A stretch of DNA of 64,000 nt. Source: Rhodothermales bacterium (GTDB lineage Bacteria; Bacteroidota; Rhodothermia; Rhodothermales; Bin80). Made by a program: the position numbers and the translations under genes. Shown here in pieces: positions 27,985 to 37,774 of this stretch (the stretch's first letter is position 1; each line of letters begins with the position of its first letter). The stretch spans positions 4,066,151-4,130,150 of the forward strand of contig OZ253559.1 in assembly GCA_965262785.1 (NCBI GenBank), read 5' to 3'. The notes beneath the pieces were generated by a model. That model did no database searches. It saw nothing but the letters and a program-made list of their open reading frames with translations, and was not told the origin of the DNA.

Positions 27985-28074
27985 GCGGGCAGATACGCGG
28001 GGCTGTCGGTGCTCCATCCTTTCCCCAGATAATACTAATTGTCAGAGGAAAGACAACCCCGCGTATCTGCCCGC
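27985..28074. repeat. 23-bp inverted repeat with 44-bp spacer
   Basis: GCGGGCAGATACGCGGGGCTGTC (27985-28007) / GACAACCCCGCGTATCTGCCCGC (28052-28074), one mismatch. Confidence 0.75.
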
Positions 28075-28599
28075 TCACGGGCCGCGCGCTGGGAGCGCTC
28101 CTCGGCGGCGGGCCGCCTCCCTGTTGTAGCAGTCCTTACAGCGGGAGTGCAGTCCATTGAACCGGGTCCGGTCCTTGTAGAAAGCGGTGTGCGGCAGGCA
28201 ATCACGGCATAGGGAGCATGTGTACGTGCCAGGGCGAACAGGTTTATTCCGCCTGCGCCCTGCCCTGGAGCGGCGTCTGGATGTGTTGGACGGCGTGAAT
28301 GGCAAGGTGCGTGCCCCTGGAGCCAGGCGCGTCAGGCGATTGAGCGGGTCGGCCTCTGCATGGATGAAGGCCAGCTCGCGGGCGTAGGCCTTCCCTGCAG
28401 GTACGTCCGCGGCCAGGATAGTAAGCTCGTAGGGCTGGCCAGCACTGAGCTGCCTGTAAAGCTCCATGTTGACGGCGGCGTGCAGCTGGCCGTGCTGACG
28501 GATGCGCACGGCGACCTCCTTAGAGGTAACGCCCACGTAGGCGCGCCCATCCGCAAAGCCGATGCGGTAAATAGTACACGAGAGCTCAGAAGTGTCCAT
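28075..28599 (-). CDS. GIY-YIG/zinc-finger endonuclease, copy 2
   Basis: Same length as and near-identical to 10944-11468. Confidence 0.75.
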   Translation of the reverse strand: MDTSELSCTIYRIGFADGRAYVGVTSKEVAVRIRQHGQLHAAVNMELYRQLSAGQPYELTILAADVPAGKAYARELAFIHAEADPLNRLTRLAPGARTLPFTPSNTSRRRSRAGRRRNKPVRPGTYTCSLCRDCLPHTAFYKDRTRFNGLHSRCKDCYNREAARRRGALPARGP

Positions 28600-28608
28600 G
28601 TCTGGCTG

Positions 28609-28897
28609 CTACAGGCCCAGCACATCGCCACACTCACCGGCCGACGGCGGCGGCCTTCCTTTCCCTGGACACCTGCATCTCCGTCAGTGCCTGCAGCTGC
28701 GCCGTGTCATGCTGTGACGTATCCATGGCGGTCTATGGGTGGTGAATCACTATCCCATAATAAGCCCGCAGGGATGCGAGATGCTGGAGCTGGATGCATT
28801 GGGTGGGGATTATGACAGAACGCGGCTGTTAACCTTTCTATATAATTCCCGCCTATACCCTGCGGCTTGCGCCGCATAATAGCGGGCAACAGCGCCC
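28609..28897 (-). pseudogene. Collapsed module remnant: Sel1 gene with all repeats deleted, structured spacer, last codons of a recombinase
   Basis: MDTSQHDTAQLQA joined to LTEMQV..; spacer matches 11757-11884; GAVARYYAAQAA recombinase tail. Confidence 0.75.
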
Positions 28898-29497
28898 GCG
28901 GGCCGTGTTCCCACGGGTTCAGGCGCACAATTGTACTAAACGAACGTAACCACGATGAAGGCAATGACCCGCACGCCCGCGCTGCATGTACCGGGTGGTT
29001 TGCCCGTCGCCCACCGCAGGGGTATCTGCGCCGCGCCCGTCTGGAAACAACAAGGCCGCAAGCGACCGGTTAAGTACATTTTCTGTACGCTTAGAAGAGG
29101 GCACCGAGAGCACCGAAGTCCTCTGCTTATCCAGCAGGAAGATCGTTGCCGAAGCACATTAGGGAGGCTCGGCGACTCTATGGCAACCTGGAGAGACAAG
29201 GCTGAGCAACCGTAGCGCCTGGGTCGGGTGTCACATGTTGTCCACCGAATACACCACAACCGTGGGGATCACCGGGGAGGGATCAAATACGGATGTGGAT
29301 TCAATGGGTCCGTAAGCACGGCCGGACATGGCTATGCGCTTGGATTCCCCATTGGACCGAAGGCAGTCGCCTACTGACACTCGTCCATTACTGACTTGGC
29401 CACGCCGTCTACGCCCCGGGGGTAACCGGGCGGAGTCATTGCGCGGCTACGACCTGCAGGCTTTCGCGCCGGTTTTGGCGTCTTTCAGGTACAAGAG

Positions 29498-29531
29498 TTA
29501 ACTTTCGATAATTGTAGTTATCGAAAGCTAA
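29498..29531. promoter_or_regulatory. lox-like 13-8-13 site upstream of recombinase B
   Basis: TTAACTTTCGATA-ATTGTAGT-TATCGAAAGCTAA, 12/13 arm match, 5 bp before ATG. Confidence 0.75.
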
Positions 29532-29536
29532 CCACC

Positions 29537-30502
29537 ATGGCGACACTACCCGCTGCCAATACGCTGCCCGAGGCGCTGGGTGGCCGCCAGGCCGCCCTCA
29601 TCAGCGCCTCGCTCTCGGCCAACACCCGGCGGGCTTACCGACACGCGTGGGATGCCTGGCTGGTATGGCTGGGCCAGGAGGAGGCCTCGGACGTCACCGC
29701 GAGCGCCTACCTCGCTGCGATGCATGACGCGGGCAAGGCGCCCGCCACCTGCGCTCTGCACGCAGCGGCCTTGCGCTTCGCTCACCGAGTGGGGGTCCGG
29801 GGCGCGCCCGTACCTGGGCCGCTCGTGGAACGGACACTGGCGGGTATCCGCAGGGAGGGCCGCGCCCGCGGCCGCGGGCAGGTCGAGGGTATCACGTGGA
29901 GTCAGGCCGATGCCACCGCGCAGGTGGCGGCGCAGGCCGGTCTCTCCGGACTCCGTGACGCGGCCCTGGTGGCCACCATGTCGGACGCACTGCTGAGGGC
30001 CTCTGAAGCCAGTGCCCTCACCGTGGCCGATATTCAGCGCCAGGCGGACGGCTCCGGGCTACTCGTCCTCGCGCACTCAAAGACGGATCAGGAAGGCCGG
30101 GGCAGCACGCTCTATCTCGGGCCGCCCACCATGGAGCGCATCACGGCCTACCTGCAGGCTGCGGGGGTGTCGGAGGGGGTGCTTTTTCGACGCATGCGGC
30201 GCGGGGAGACGATCACGCCGTCCCCGCTCTCACCCACCAGTATCCGGAGCATCGTCCGCGGCCGCGCTGCCGGCGCCGGACTCCAGGGCCGGCACAGCGC
30301 CCACAGCCTCCGGGTGGGGAGCGCCCAGTCACTCATAGAGCGCGGAGCCACGCTGCCGGAGGCGCAGCTGGCAGGGCGCTGGCAATCCCCATCCATGGTG
30401 GCACACTACGCCGCCGGGCAGCTGGCAGGACGCGGCGCGGTGGCCAAGCTCAGGTACGCTACACAAGCAGGCGATCCTGTCCCGCACGATCAGGCCACAT
30501 AG
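29537..30502 (+). CDS. Cre-like tyrosine recombinase B
   Basis: SANTRRAY..W; RDAAL..LLRASE, HSKTDQEG, HSLRVG, GRW, HY. Confidence 0.9.
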   Translation: MATLPAANTLPEALGGRQAALISASLSANTRRAYRHAWDAWLVWLGQEEASDVTASAYLAAMHDAGKAPATCALHAAALRFAHRVGVRGAPVPGPLVERTLAGIRREGRARGRGQVEGITWSQADATAQVAAQAGLSGLRDAALVATMSDALLRASEASALTVADIQRQADGSGLLVLAHSKTDQEGRGSTLYLGPPTMERITAYLQAAGVSEGVLFRRMRRGETITPSPLSPTSIRSIVRGRAAGAGLQGRHSAHSLRVGSAQSLIERGATLPEAQLAGRWQSPSMVAHYAAGQLAGRGAVAKLRYATQAGDPVPHDQAT

Positions 30503-30609
30503 ACGCCCATGCATGCAGCCGCACGCATACCATCTCTCGACGTCAGGCCGATCTCGGCAACAAATGTGTTGGTGTCCAAGATCAACACTTCCTCCCCTGT
30601 TACTTCCAT
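30500..30609 (-). pseudogene. Possible PIN-domain gene 5' fragment
   Basis: GGAG RBS then MEVTGEEVLILDTNTFV, truncated. Confidence 0.35.
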
Positions 30610-30880
30610 TAGTTCTCCTGTGTGCATGGCCGGCCGTTCCTATATCGGCTGTATGCGAATCTAACCCAACTCGATTCAATGTGTCGCCACTACTCCCTAA
30701 TAACACGTCAAACGCGACATATGTACGGCACGCCGCAGCGGGTTAAGCCAGCATGTTCGATCTGCTGGTAGCCTACTGCTTCAAAGTTTGCATACGTCTC
30801 ATTGTCCAACTCCGTATTCTTGCGCAAGCGCATCACATATGTCGATACTATAAGGCCCAAGCGGTACGCACCCGACCATC

Positions 30881-31200
30881 CTACCCTGCGGCCCGCGCAG
30901 CGTAGTAACGTGCGACAGCACCTTTTCCGGCTCCCTGCGCCCGCGCATGGTGTGCCAGCATAGATGGTGACTTCCAGCGTCCTGCCGCCTGGAGCTCCAC
31001 TATCGACATGTTCATTGCAGCCAGGTCCACGGCCATTCCTACCCGGGGAGAGTGGTCCGTGAAGCGTCCGTTCAGCCCGAATTGTAGGGCTGCGTTCGCC
31101 ATGCGGCGGGCTACAGTGCGACTAGACATGCCGACTATGGACATGTCACCAGCGTCATCCGCTCGGATATCTTGCAGGGCCGTCACAGTAGGCCGGGACA
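30881..31200 (-). pseudogene. C-terminal fragment of a third recombinase-A paralog
   Basis: HSPRVGMAVDLA..AGRWKSPSM..GKGAVARYYAA; catalytic Tyr position reads His. Confidence 0.85.
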
Positions 31201-31243
31201 AGCCGGAGTTCGCACCGGGGAGCGCACGCTGGGCGGGAACTCG

Positions 31244-33544
31244 TCAGACCAGAGCAGAATCTATTCCCAGAATCTGGTGCCGGACTGTGAACCGCAGAGT
31301 CTTGTCGGTTGGCACGAAGTGCCGCTCGAACTCTTCTGGAATCGGTAAGAAGATGTTGTTCTTCAACACGAGGGGCGTATGTACCAGAGTTCGTGTGCCG
31401 GTGCGGTTGTGGCCAGCCTCTCCTAATAGGTTCTCGAATTGAATGTCGTAATAGACGACTGCCTGTCCGTGGCTGTAGAAGAGATACCCTGCTCGATGTC
31501 CGCCCCATGAAAAGTCGGTCGATGGCCTACGCTCCAAGAACACTCGGCGATACAGAATGTGTGCATCTCTGGTGAGAGCAAGATAGTACCTTGAGAGACC
31601 GATTACAGATTGTACGTCGGTCGCATCCAGCAATTTCCCACCTACTTCAGTTTCAAGCAGGCGCACATTCAACTCTTGTCGAATATCTTCGACGGATTTG
31701 CCTCCCGTCTGTTGCGCGACCTGGTTTACTTGCTGTGTGACCGACGCGACATCACTCCTGCCGATGGATGTCACTCTTGGTACGCGCGATCTCCGGCCCC
31801 CAAACACGGCAGCTACATCCTCGGGAGCCATGTTCGTAATCGCCGCCAATCGCTGAATCCTGCTGATATCATCGGGATCGATCTCAAAAAACTCAACAGT
31901 CGACTGGAGCTTTCGAAGGAGGGCGTCGAAGTCTCGCTTCCGCAATTCAGGGTACGAGTTCTCCAGATGCGGCAAGATGGAGTCGCGGATAAAGATGTCG
32001 AACACCGCATCGAACGACAATGACTCACGAAGCAGGACAATCCTCTCGATCTGGGGATGTCTGAAATCGATGAAGAGGACTCGGTTGCTACGCTGTGAAG
32101 GCGGTGTCCAGAGCATGGCGCCGTGAGACAACTCGCCGGCACGAACGTGCAGTCCATCGATCAAAAACTGAGTCCGCAGCCGGTCTAACAATTGGTATTG
32201 TAGCGCCATCTGAGGAAACGACAGATTGTCCACAACGCGCACACACGTAACCCTGTCTTGGAGCGGCGCAGCATTGCAGTATTTCACTAGATACTGACGC
32301 TCAACCCGCTGTCTATGTCCATCTGATGACAACAGCACCACGATCTTCCCCTGTTCCATGAATGCTTGGATGATCGATGGATCATGACCGTCACGTGCGA
32401 AATACACCCCACCTTTCGGGGAGTCGCGTAAAGAGCTTAAGGCTACACGCCTACCGCTTCCATGCACACGCACGGTCGCGGAGCCAGCAAGGTGCCATCG
32501 TCCAAACTGGTCCAGGTATCTATAGAAGGATGAGAAACGTTCTGGTAGGCCGGGAGTACCTGAAATGTGCTCGGCCAAGCCGCGCTCGACCGCCGCTAGC
32601 AGGGTCTGTACGAGAGTGCGACTCTCGTCGGTTACTGCCTCGCGTCCTGCGGTCGGCCTAAGGGCAGGGCTATCGATTATCCCCCCTAGTCCAAAGATCG
32701 TCGTGATTGGGACATTCGCAAGCATGAACCCATGCTGGTAGGCCGACACTACATTGGCAGTTGTCTGGAACACGGCGGAAACCGCTGTGTCTCTACGATT
32801 CCATAACAGCTTTTCGACCTCGATCTCGGCCTGGCCGTTCTGGAGAGCACGCACGAAGATGGTAGCCTTGGCTGGGCCGCTTGCAACCTCGATCTCTGCT
32901 CCGTTGTCACGGCTTACAGAAGGGAAGGATTCCCTGGGCATCGGTCTTCCGGCGACTGTGACCGGCACGTCTAGTAACCGAACGATCGGTGTCAGGTATG
33001 CGACGATTTGCTCGTTGGTTATGGCCCGCATTAACGTTCCAGTGACCGTTGTCCCATAGTCACACTCGGGCGGTCCCGATTCATAGAAGACGCAGTTTTC
33101 TCTGGCGGATAGTTGGCTGCGCTCCGCGAATCCAACAACAGAACGTCGTGATTCGTGAGTTCTCGTAACTACGACGAGTCGTGAGCAAACACCAAAATTC
33201 GCCATCCCGCCTATTCCGAACGTGCCCACAACTCCCGCGGCCTTGGCTTCCGGAGTGTGCTTGCCACTCTTGCCAATGCTCCAGTAGAAATTGGCAAGAT
33301 CCTCTCGCGACATTCCGATACCGGTATCCGAAATCGACAAACGATCCCCCTCAAGCATGATGGCGATCCTGTGGTCGCGCGTCACAGCCTTGGTACTGTC
33401 GCGGTATTGCTGCATCCGTATTGCGTCGAATGCATTCTGCACGTTCTCCCTCAGAAACGCAAAGGGCGACGTGTATATCTCGCGGGCCAGGATCGGAAGA
33501 ATCCGTTCCAGATCGACATCGATCGGATGAGCTTCGTCGATCAT
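31244..33544 (-). CDS. Hsp90-like GHKL ATPase with long uncharacterised C-terminus
   Basis: LAREIY..FLRENVQNAFDA, DTGIGMS, SGK, GTFGIG, GTTV motifs. Confidence 0.85.
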   Translation of the reverse strand: MIDEAHPIDVDLERILPILAREIYTSPFAFLRENVQNAFDAIRMQQYRDSTKAVTRDHRIAIMLEGDRLSISDTGIGMSREDLANFYWSIGKSGKHTPEAKAAGVVGTFGIGGMANFGVCSRLVVVTRTHESRRSVVGFAERSQLSARENCVFYESGPPECDYGTTVTGTLMRAITNEQIVAYLTPIVRLLDVPVTVAGRPMPRESFPSVSRDNGAEIEVASGPAKATIFVRALQNGQAEIEVEKLLWNRRDTAVSAVFQTTANVVSAYQHGFMLANVPITTIFGLGGIIDSPALRPTAGREAVTDESRTLVQTLLAAVERGLAEHISGTPGLPERFSSFYRYLDQFGRWHLAGSATVRVHGSGRRVALSSLRDSPKGGVYFARDGHDPSIIQAFMEQGKIVVLLSSDGHRQRVERQYLVKYCNAAPLQDRVTCVRVVDNLSFPQMALQYQLLDRLRTQFLIDGLHVRAGELSHGAMLWTPPSQRSNRVLFIDFRHPQIERIVLLRESLSFDAVFDIFIRDSILPHLENSYPELRKRDFDALLRKLQSTVEFFEIDPDDISRIQRLAAITNMAPEDVAAVFGGRRSRVPRVTSIGRSDVASVTQQVNQVAQQTGGKSVEDIRQELNVRLLETEVGGKLLDATDVQSVIGLSRYYLALTRDAHILYRRVFLERRPSTDFSWGGHRAGYLFYSHGQAVVYYDIQFENLLGEAGHNRTGTRTLVHTPLVLKNNIFLPIPEEFERHFVPTDKTLRFTVRHQILGIDSALV

Positions 33545-35118
33545 GAATCCGCACCACCCAAACCAGTGAACTGGGCTGTCAGTTGCTGTCGCAGCATTCT
33601 TGCTCCATTGTCATTGTATCGGCCACAATGCAAGGCCAGTGCGTCCCTGGCCCGGCCGAATTCGTCGGTTCTAGCGTAAGCAAAGATTAGGTTCTCCAAC
33701 TCGCCGCGGGACATCGCGTCGAGATCCAACTCTTGAAGCGTATCGATGATGACCGGCCACCGCTCGAGAACGGACAGCATTTCAACGTAGCGTTCCCTCA
33801 ACGCGGACATGCCTACGAATGTGCTAAGAAATTCAGCAGCTGCGGCGGGTCCCACTGCCTCCTCGAGTCTGTCGCTCTCGACGAGCGCGGCTCCTATCTG
33901 TTCGTCATCAGTCGGACACAGCGTTTCGATGACAACTCTGTCGAAATCCTGAAGGAGCTTATCGACGCTCGTCGAATCCAGTCGGGTTCGGTAGTCGTCA
34001 GCGAGTCTCGACAAGCCCCTCGCCGCAGTCTCCAGGTCCCCAGTGGCTAGAAGCTGTTCTCGAAGGTCAAGCGACGAGGTTAGAAGTTGAGCAACCTCGG
34101 GGTCAAGGACGCAAAGTCTGCTTAGGTCCATGGGAATCGCCGCACGACCGCGCTCGATCCGGGGACCGTGCGAGTAAAGATCGAACGCGACCCCGACCAA
34201 CCACGGGCCTCCGACACAAGAGCGCACCTTCAATATCAGCTCTCTTGGTAGATGCTCATGTCTCCCCTCTACGACGGGAGAATCCAATCCACAAGCGGCT
34301 TGGAAACCACTCCAAGAAAGGAGGTTTTTTAACAGGCCGAGAGCATTGCGAACGCTGTAACGTCGCCAAGCTCCCTCCTGATTGTCGAGAGTCTTCTTGG
34401 CCTTATCCGCACGATCAGAGATGCCTCGTGCAACCAACCACGGCACAGGATGGACCCGCTTCGTGGCTGCGAAGGTCACTCCTGCGGCCTCCATGTCGAT
34501 TGCGAGGAATTTGCGATTGATGCGCTTCAATTCATCGACAAAAGCGCTCGACGCAGCAACAATATTGCCCGAAGCGATAGGACCGATGTGCAGGGTAGCC
34601 GGCAGCGAACAAACACTGTCCCTGCTCGGAACCGTCAGCTCTTCAAAATCCTTTTCGACCTGTGTCTGCCACCTTCGGAAGCCATCGGGACACGCATACT
34701 CAAAGTGTTTGACAGCTTCCCCGATCGCGAACTTCTGTGACCAGTGCCGCCCCGAGTAGTGGATTTCGTAACCGTCCTCTGTTGACTGTGCTTTGGAGCT
34801 AGCTTGGAACTCATTGACCTCGCCTGCGATTACGACGTCTCCCACCTCGACGCAATCGTCGAGTGCCCCCGCCAAGCCAAGGAGCACGAGAATCTTGACA
34901 TCCGCAAAGCCCAGTAGATGGGTTGCAGCATACAGCGCAGGTAGAGTTCCCATTTCTCCCGCTAGACAGCACACTGCCGACGCTGATGATAGCTCCAGCC
35001 GATAGAGATAGCTGCCCTCGTACGGGATCGGCTCCAATTGCTCAGAGAGCTCAGCGACGTAATCAAACTCCTCACGCAAGGCGATTACGACACCAACGTC
35101 GAAATGTTGCTTAGGCAT
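33541..35118 (-). CDS. PNP/MTA-SAH nucleosidase domain + helical (TPR-like) C-terminus
   Basis: VIALREEF, GLAGAL..GDVVI, GPIASG, IDMEAAG, RGISDRAD; ATGA overlap with GHKL gene. Confidence 0.85.
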   Translation of the reverse strand: MPKQHFDVGVVIALREEFDYVAELSEQLEPIPYEGSYLYRLELSSASAVCCLAGEMGTLPALYAATHLLGFADVKILVLLGLAGALDDCVEVGDVVIAGEVNEFQASSKAQSTEDGYEIHYSGRHWSQKFAIGEAVKHFEYACPDGFRRWQTQVEKDFEELTVPSRDSVCSLPATLHIGPIASGNIVAASSAFVDELKRINRKFLAIDMEAAGVTFAATKRVHPVPWLVARGISDRADKAKKTLDNQEGAWRRYSVRNALGLLKNLLSWSGFQAACGLDSPVVEGRHEHLPRELILKVRSCVGGPWLVGVAFDLYSHGPRIERGRAAIPMDLSRLCVLDPEVAQLLTSSLDLREQLLATGDLETAARGLSRLADDYRTRLDSTSVDKLLQDFDRVVIETLCPTDDEQIGAALVESDRLEEAVGPAAAAEFLSTFVGMSALRERYVEMLSVLERWPVIIDTLQELDLDAMSRGELENLIFAYARTDEFGRARDALALHCGRYNDNGARMLRQQLTAQFTGLGGADS

Positions 35119-35306
35119 TGTCTGGAGCTACCCCGATCCGATGGACAGCTGATCGCCATCGGCACCAGTACTTAGGTGGTCGACAGGCGGTTGAAGTAAG
35201 GTCTTTTCCAGACCCGGAAATATGGCGTACCCTCGGAGCGTATTTGTGGGCCTCTGGCGTGCCGAGTAGGAAAGCCTTGTCGGTCCGATCGTACCGATCA
35301 CCGTTC

Positions 35307-36230
35307 CTAATGTTTTATCGTGAGCCCTTCGGTCGTGTCCGACACCCGACCACAAAAGGCGTGCGAGGATGCTGTGGATGTCGCCAGGTGCCATCGAGAC
35401 GCCACAAGCCCAGTGTCCGAACCCGCCATGCTGACTGACGGCGGCAACCCATTCGGTGAGGAACATACGCTTGGTCCGGTCGCGGTCTGTGTCTTGGCCC
35501 TTGGTCTCCAGCCCCAGCATGTCACCCGAAGTAAGGCGGATGAGGGAGTCGGGTCGGCATTTCCGCACCACGCCCCGATGGACATAGAACACTTCGAAGC
35601 CGAGATGGTCGTTCTTTACCAATGCGTCTACTTCGGATGCGTGGTCGAGCGTGAAGGCGTCCGAGGCCTCCCGCGTACCGTCAGAGACGCAGAAGTTGAT
35701 GTGGCTGCGCGCCGTGGGCGCGCACGGCCTGCCCGTAAACCACGTGCGCTTGTCGCCGGTGGCGCGGATCGGCTGATCCCGGTCGAAGACCGGCTCCAGC
35801 CTCTTCGTGTTTTCGTGGCGGATCGCTTCCCAGATGTGCTGCACCACCCTGATCATGTTGAGCATGATGAGGAGACGGCGCTGAACAGACCGGGGGCAAT
35901 GGCGATTCTGTCGGAACGGATGAACAGTTCGGCCAACTGTGCGGTTTGGGCAACATCGAGTTCCAAGGGCCTTACTCGGTCCCAATCGAGCGATAGGCGT
36001 GATTGATGCGCACGACATTCGGCCATGAAATCTCGAACCGCTCCTGCCTGTCCATCACCGGCTCGATGGCGGTCTTCGGCTTCGCCGGCGATGGCAGGCT
36101 GTTCTCCCACCCCTTGTGGGGCAGGAACGTGAAGGGCACCCCGAAGACGTTGACGTATTCCGGCTCGAACAAACCCGTTGCCGGGTTCACGTCGTACGAT
36201 GTGCGACGCAGGCCGCTCACGTAACCGCGC
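35307..36230 (-). pseudogene. Type III restriction (Res)-like gene, frameshifted C-terminal remnant
   Basis: GLRRTSYDVNP..PEYVNVFGVPFTFLPH; SHINFCV; VKNDHLGF; ETKG spread over several frames. Confidence 0.75.
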
Positions 36231-36456
36231 AGCGAACGCGTCTGCCGTATATAACTCCGGCGAGTGCGCATCAAACAAGACGTACTGCTCGGTGGACCCC
36301 GGTATCCGGATATCGGTGATCGTATACGTTTTACCACCTGAACTTCGAAGTAGTTGGTCTCGGGGGTGGGCCCATTCATCAACAGCGGTCAAGGTAGCGC
36401 GCCCTTGCGGCCATGGAAATACCTCGCTGGGCCCCGGTTCTGGATTACTATAGGGA

Positions 36457-36786
36457 TCATGGCTGGTCCGCATTACCTCTCTGCAGTACCAGCGACACGC
36501 ACCCGCGCAGGACAGACGCCAGCGCTGCCCGTTCCGCACGGTCAATGGTGAGGCCATACTTTTTGCCGACGGCGATGACTCGACCCACGAACCAGCAGCG
36601 GTTCCGCTCTGGCAGCCATTCCGCGGCATCGTAATGCTTCTTTCTGTCACGATTCACTGCAGCACGGGCCATACACGCCGCCCAGACTGGCGATGATCCG
36701 GTCCTCCACACTCTGGCTGTACTGGTTGTCGTCCCTGTTGTAGGGCGTGTATCGGTGCTCAAGCGCGACGCGCATGATCCTTGCAT
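36457..36786 (-). pseudogene. DUF1524/HNH-like secreted nuclease remnant with internal deletion
   Basis: YSQSVEDRII..GVYGP; DAAEWLP..NRCWF..V..KYGLTID..E..AL. Confidence 0.55.
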
Positions 36787-36900
36787 TGCTGGCCATTCTG
36801 CACGCCCCGCCGATCTGTCGGCGTTTCTTCAGTGAAGTGCTTACCAGCGGCTTCCTGTGTTGCCATGTTAGCGCTGTTTGATAGTGGGTATTCATAGGAT

Positions 36901-37015
36901 TTACCGCGCCAGCACCATGCGGCGCGTGGCCGACCCTTCCGGGGCCGTCAGGCGGTAGAGATACACCCCGCTCGCCCACCCCTCGGCCTCCACCCGGGCC
37001 TGGTGCGTGCCGGCG
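36901..37015 (-). pseudogene. T9SS (Por) C-terminal sorting domain fragment
   Basis: AGTHQARVEAEGWASGVYLYRLTAPEGSATRRMVLAR*. Confidence 0.7.
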
Positions 37016-37049
37016 GCCGCGACGTTCCTGGGCGCTGATGCCCCCACAC

Positions 37050-37612
37050 TCACCGCCCGTCTACGCCGGATGGTGTCATATCCCTGGGTACCTGCATCTC
37101 CGTCAGCGCCTGTACCGCTTTCTGGTTGCCCTTCTCGGCCGCGCGAGTATACCACTCGCGGGCGAGTGACGTGCTCCGCAGCACGGTCGCGCCTTCCCTG
37201 TACAGCACGCCCAGCATATACATTGACCAGTCATGCCCCTGCTTCGCGGCCATCTTGTACCACCCGACGGCCCGCCTGACATCTTTGGGCATACCGAGAC
37301 CCTGCGCGAGCGCCTGTCCCATCTGATATTGGGCCTTGGCATGGCCCTGTCCGGCGGCCAGGGCGAACCACTTTCCGGCCTCCGCACTGTCCGCCACTAC
37401 CCCTTTGCCGCGCTTGTACGCGACGCCCAGCTGAAACTGGGCCTCGACATGGTTCCCCAGCGCGGCGTTATAGTACAGTGTGGCCGCCTTCTCAAGGTCG
37501 CGCGTGATGCCTGGCGCGCCCCTCCGATGCAGTGTGCCTAGCTTGTACTGGGCCTCCGGGTCGCCGGCGCGGGCCTGTGCCTGCAGCTGCCGACGTGTCG
37601 TGTCGTGTCCAT
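37050..37612 (-). pseudogene. Full-length Sel1-repeat protein (4 repeats), copy 3, frameshifted just after ATG
   Basis: AQYKLG, AQFQLG, AQYQMG, SMYMLG repeats; homologous ATG at 37612 out of frame by (GACAC)x3. Confidence 0.75.
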
Positions 37613-37774
37613 GGCTCTGTATGGGGTGGTGAATCACTACCCCATGATAAGCCTGCGCGGATGCGAGATGCTGTCGGGGGGCTGCCCTGCGACCCACCGC
37701 GGCCGGGTCGGTCGGGCAATCGCTGCTGCCTGTGCCGTACTTTACCGGCCACCACCAGGCCCGTACACCACGCC

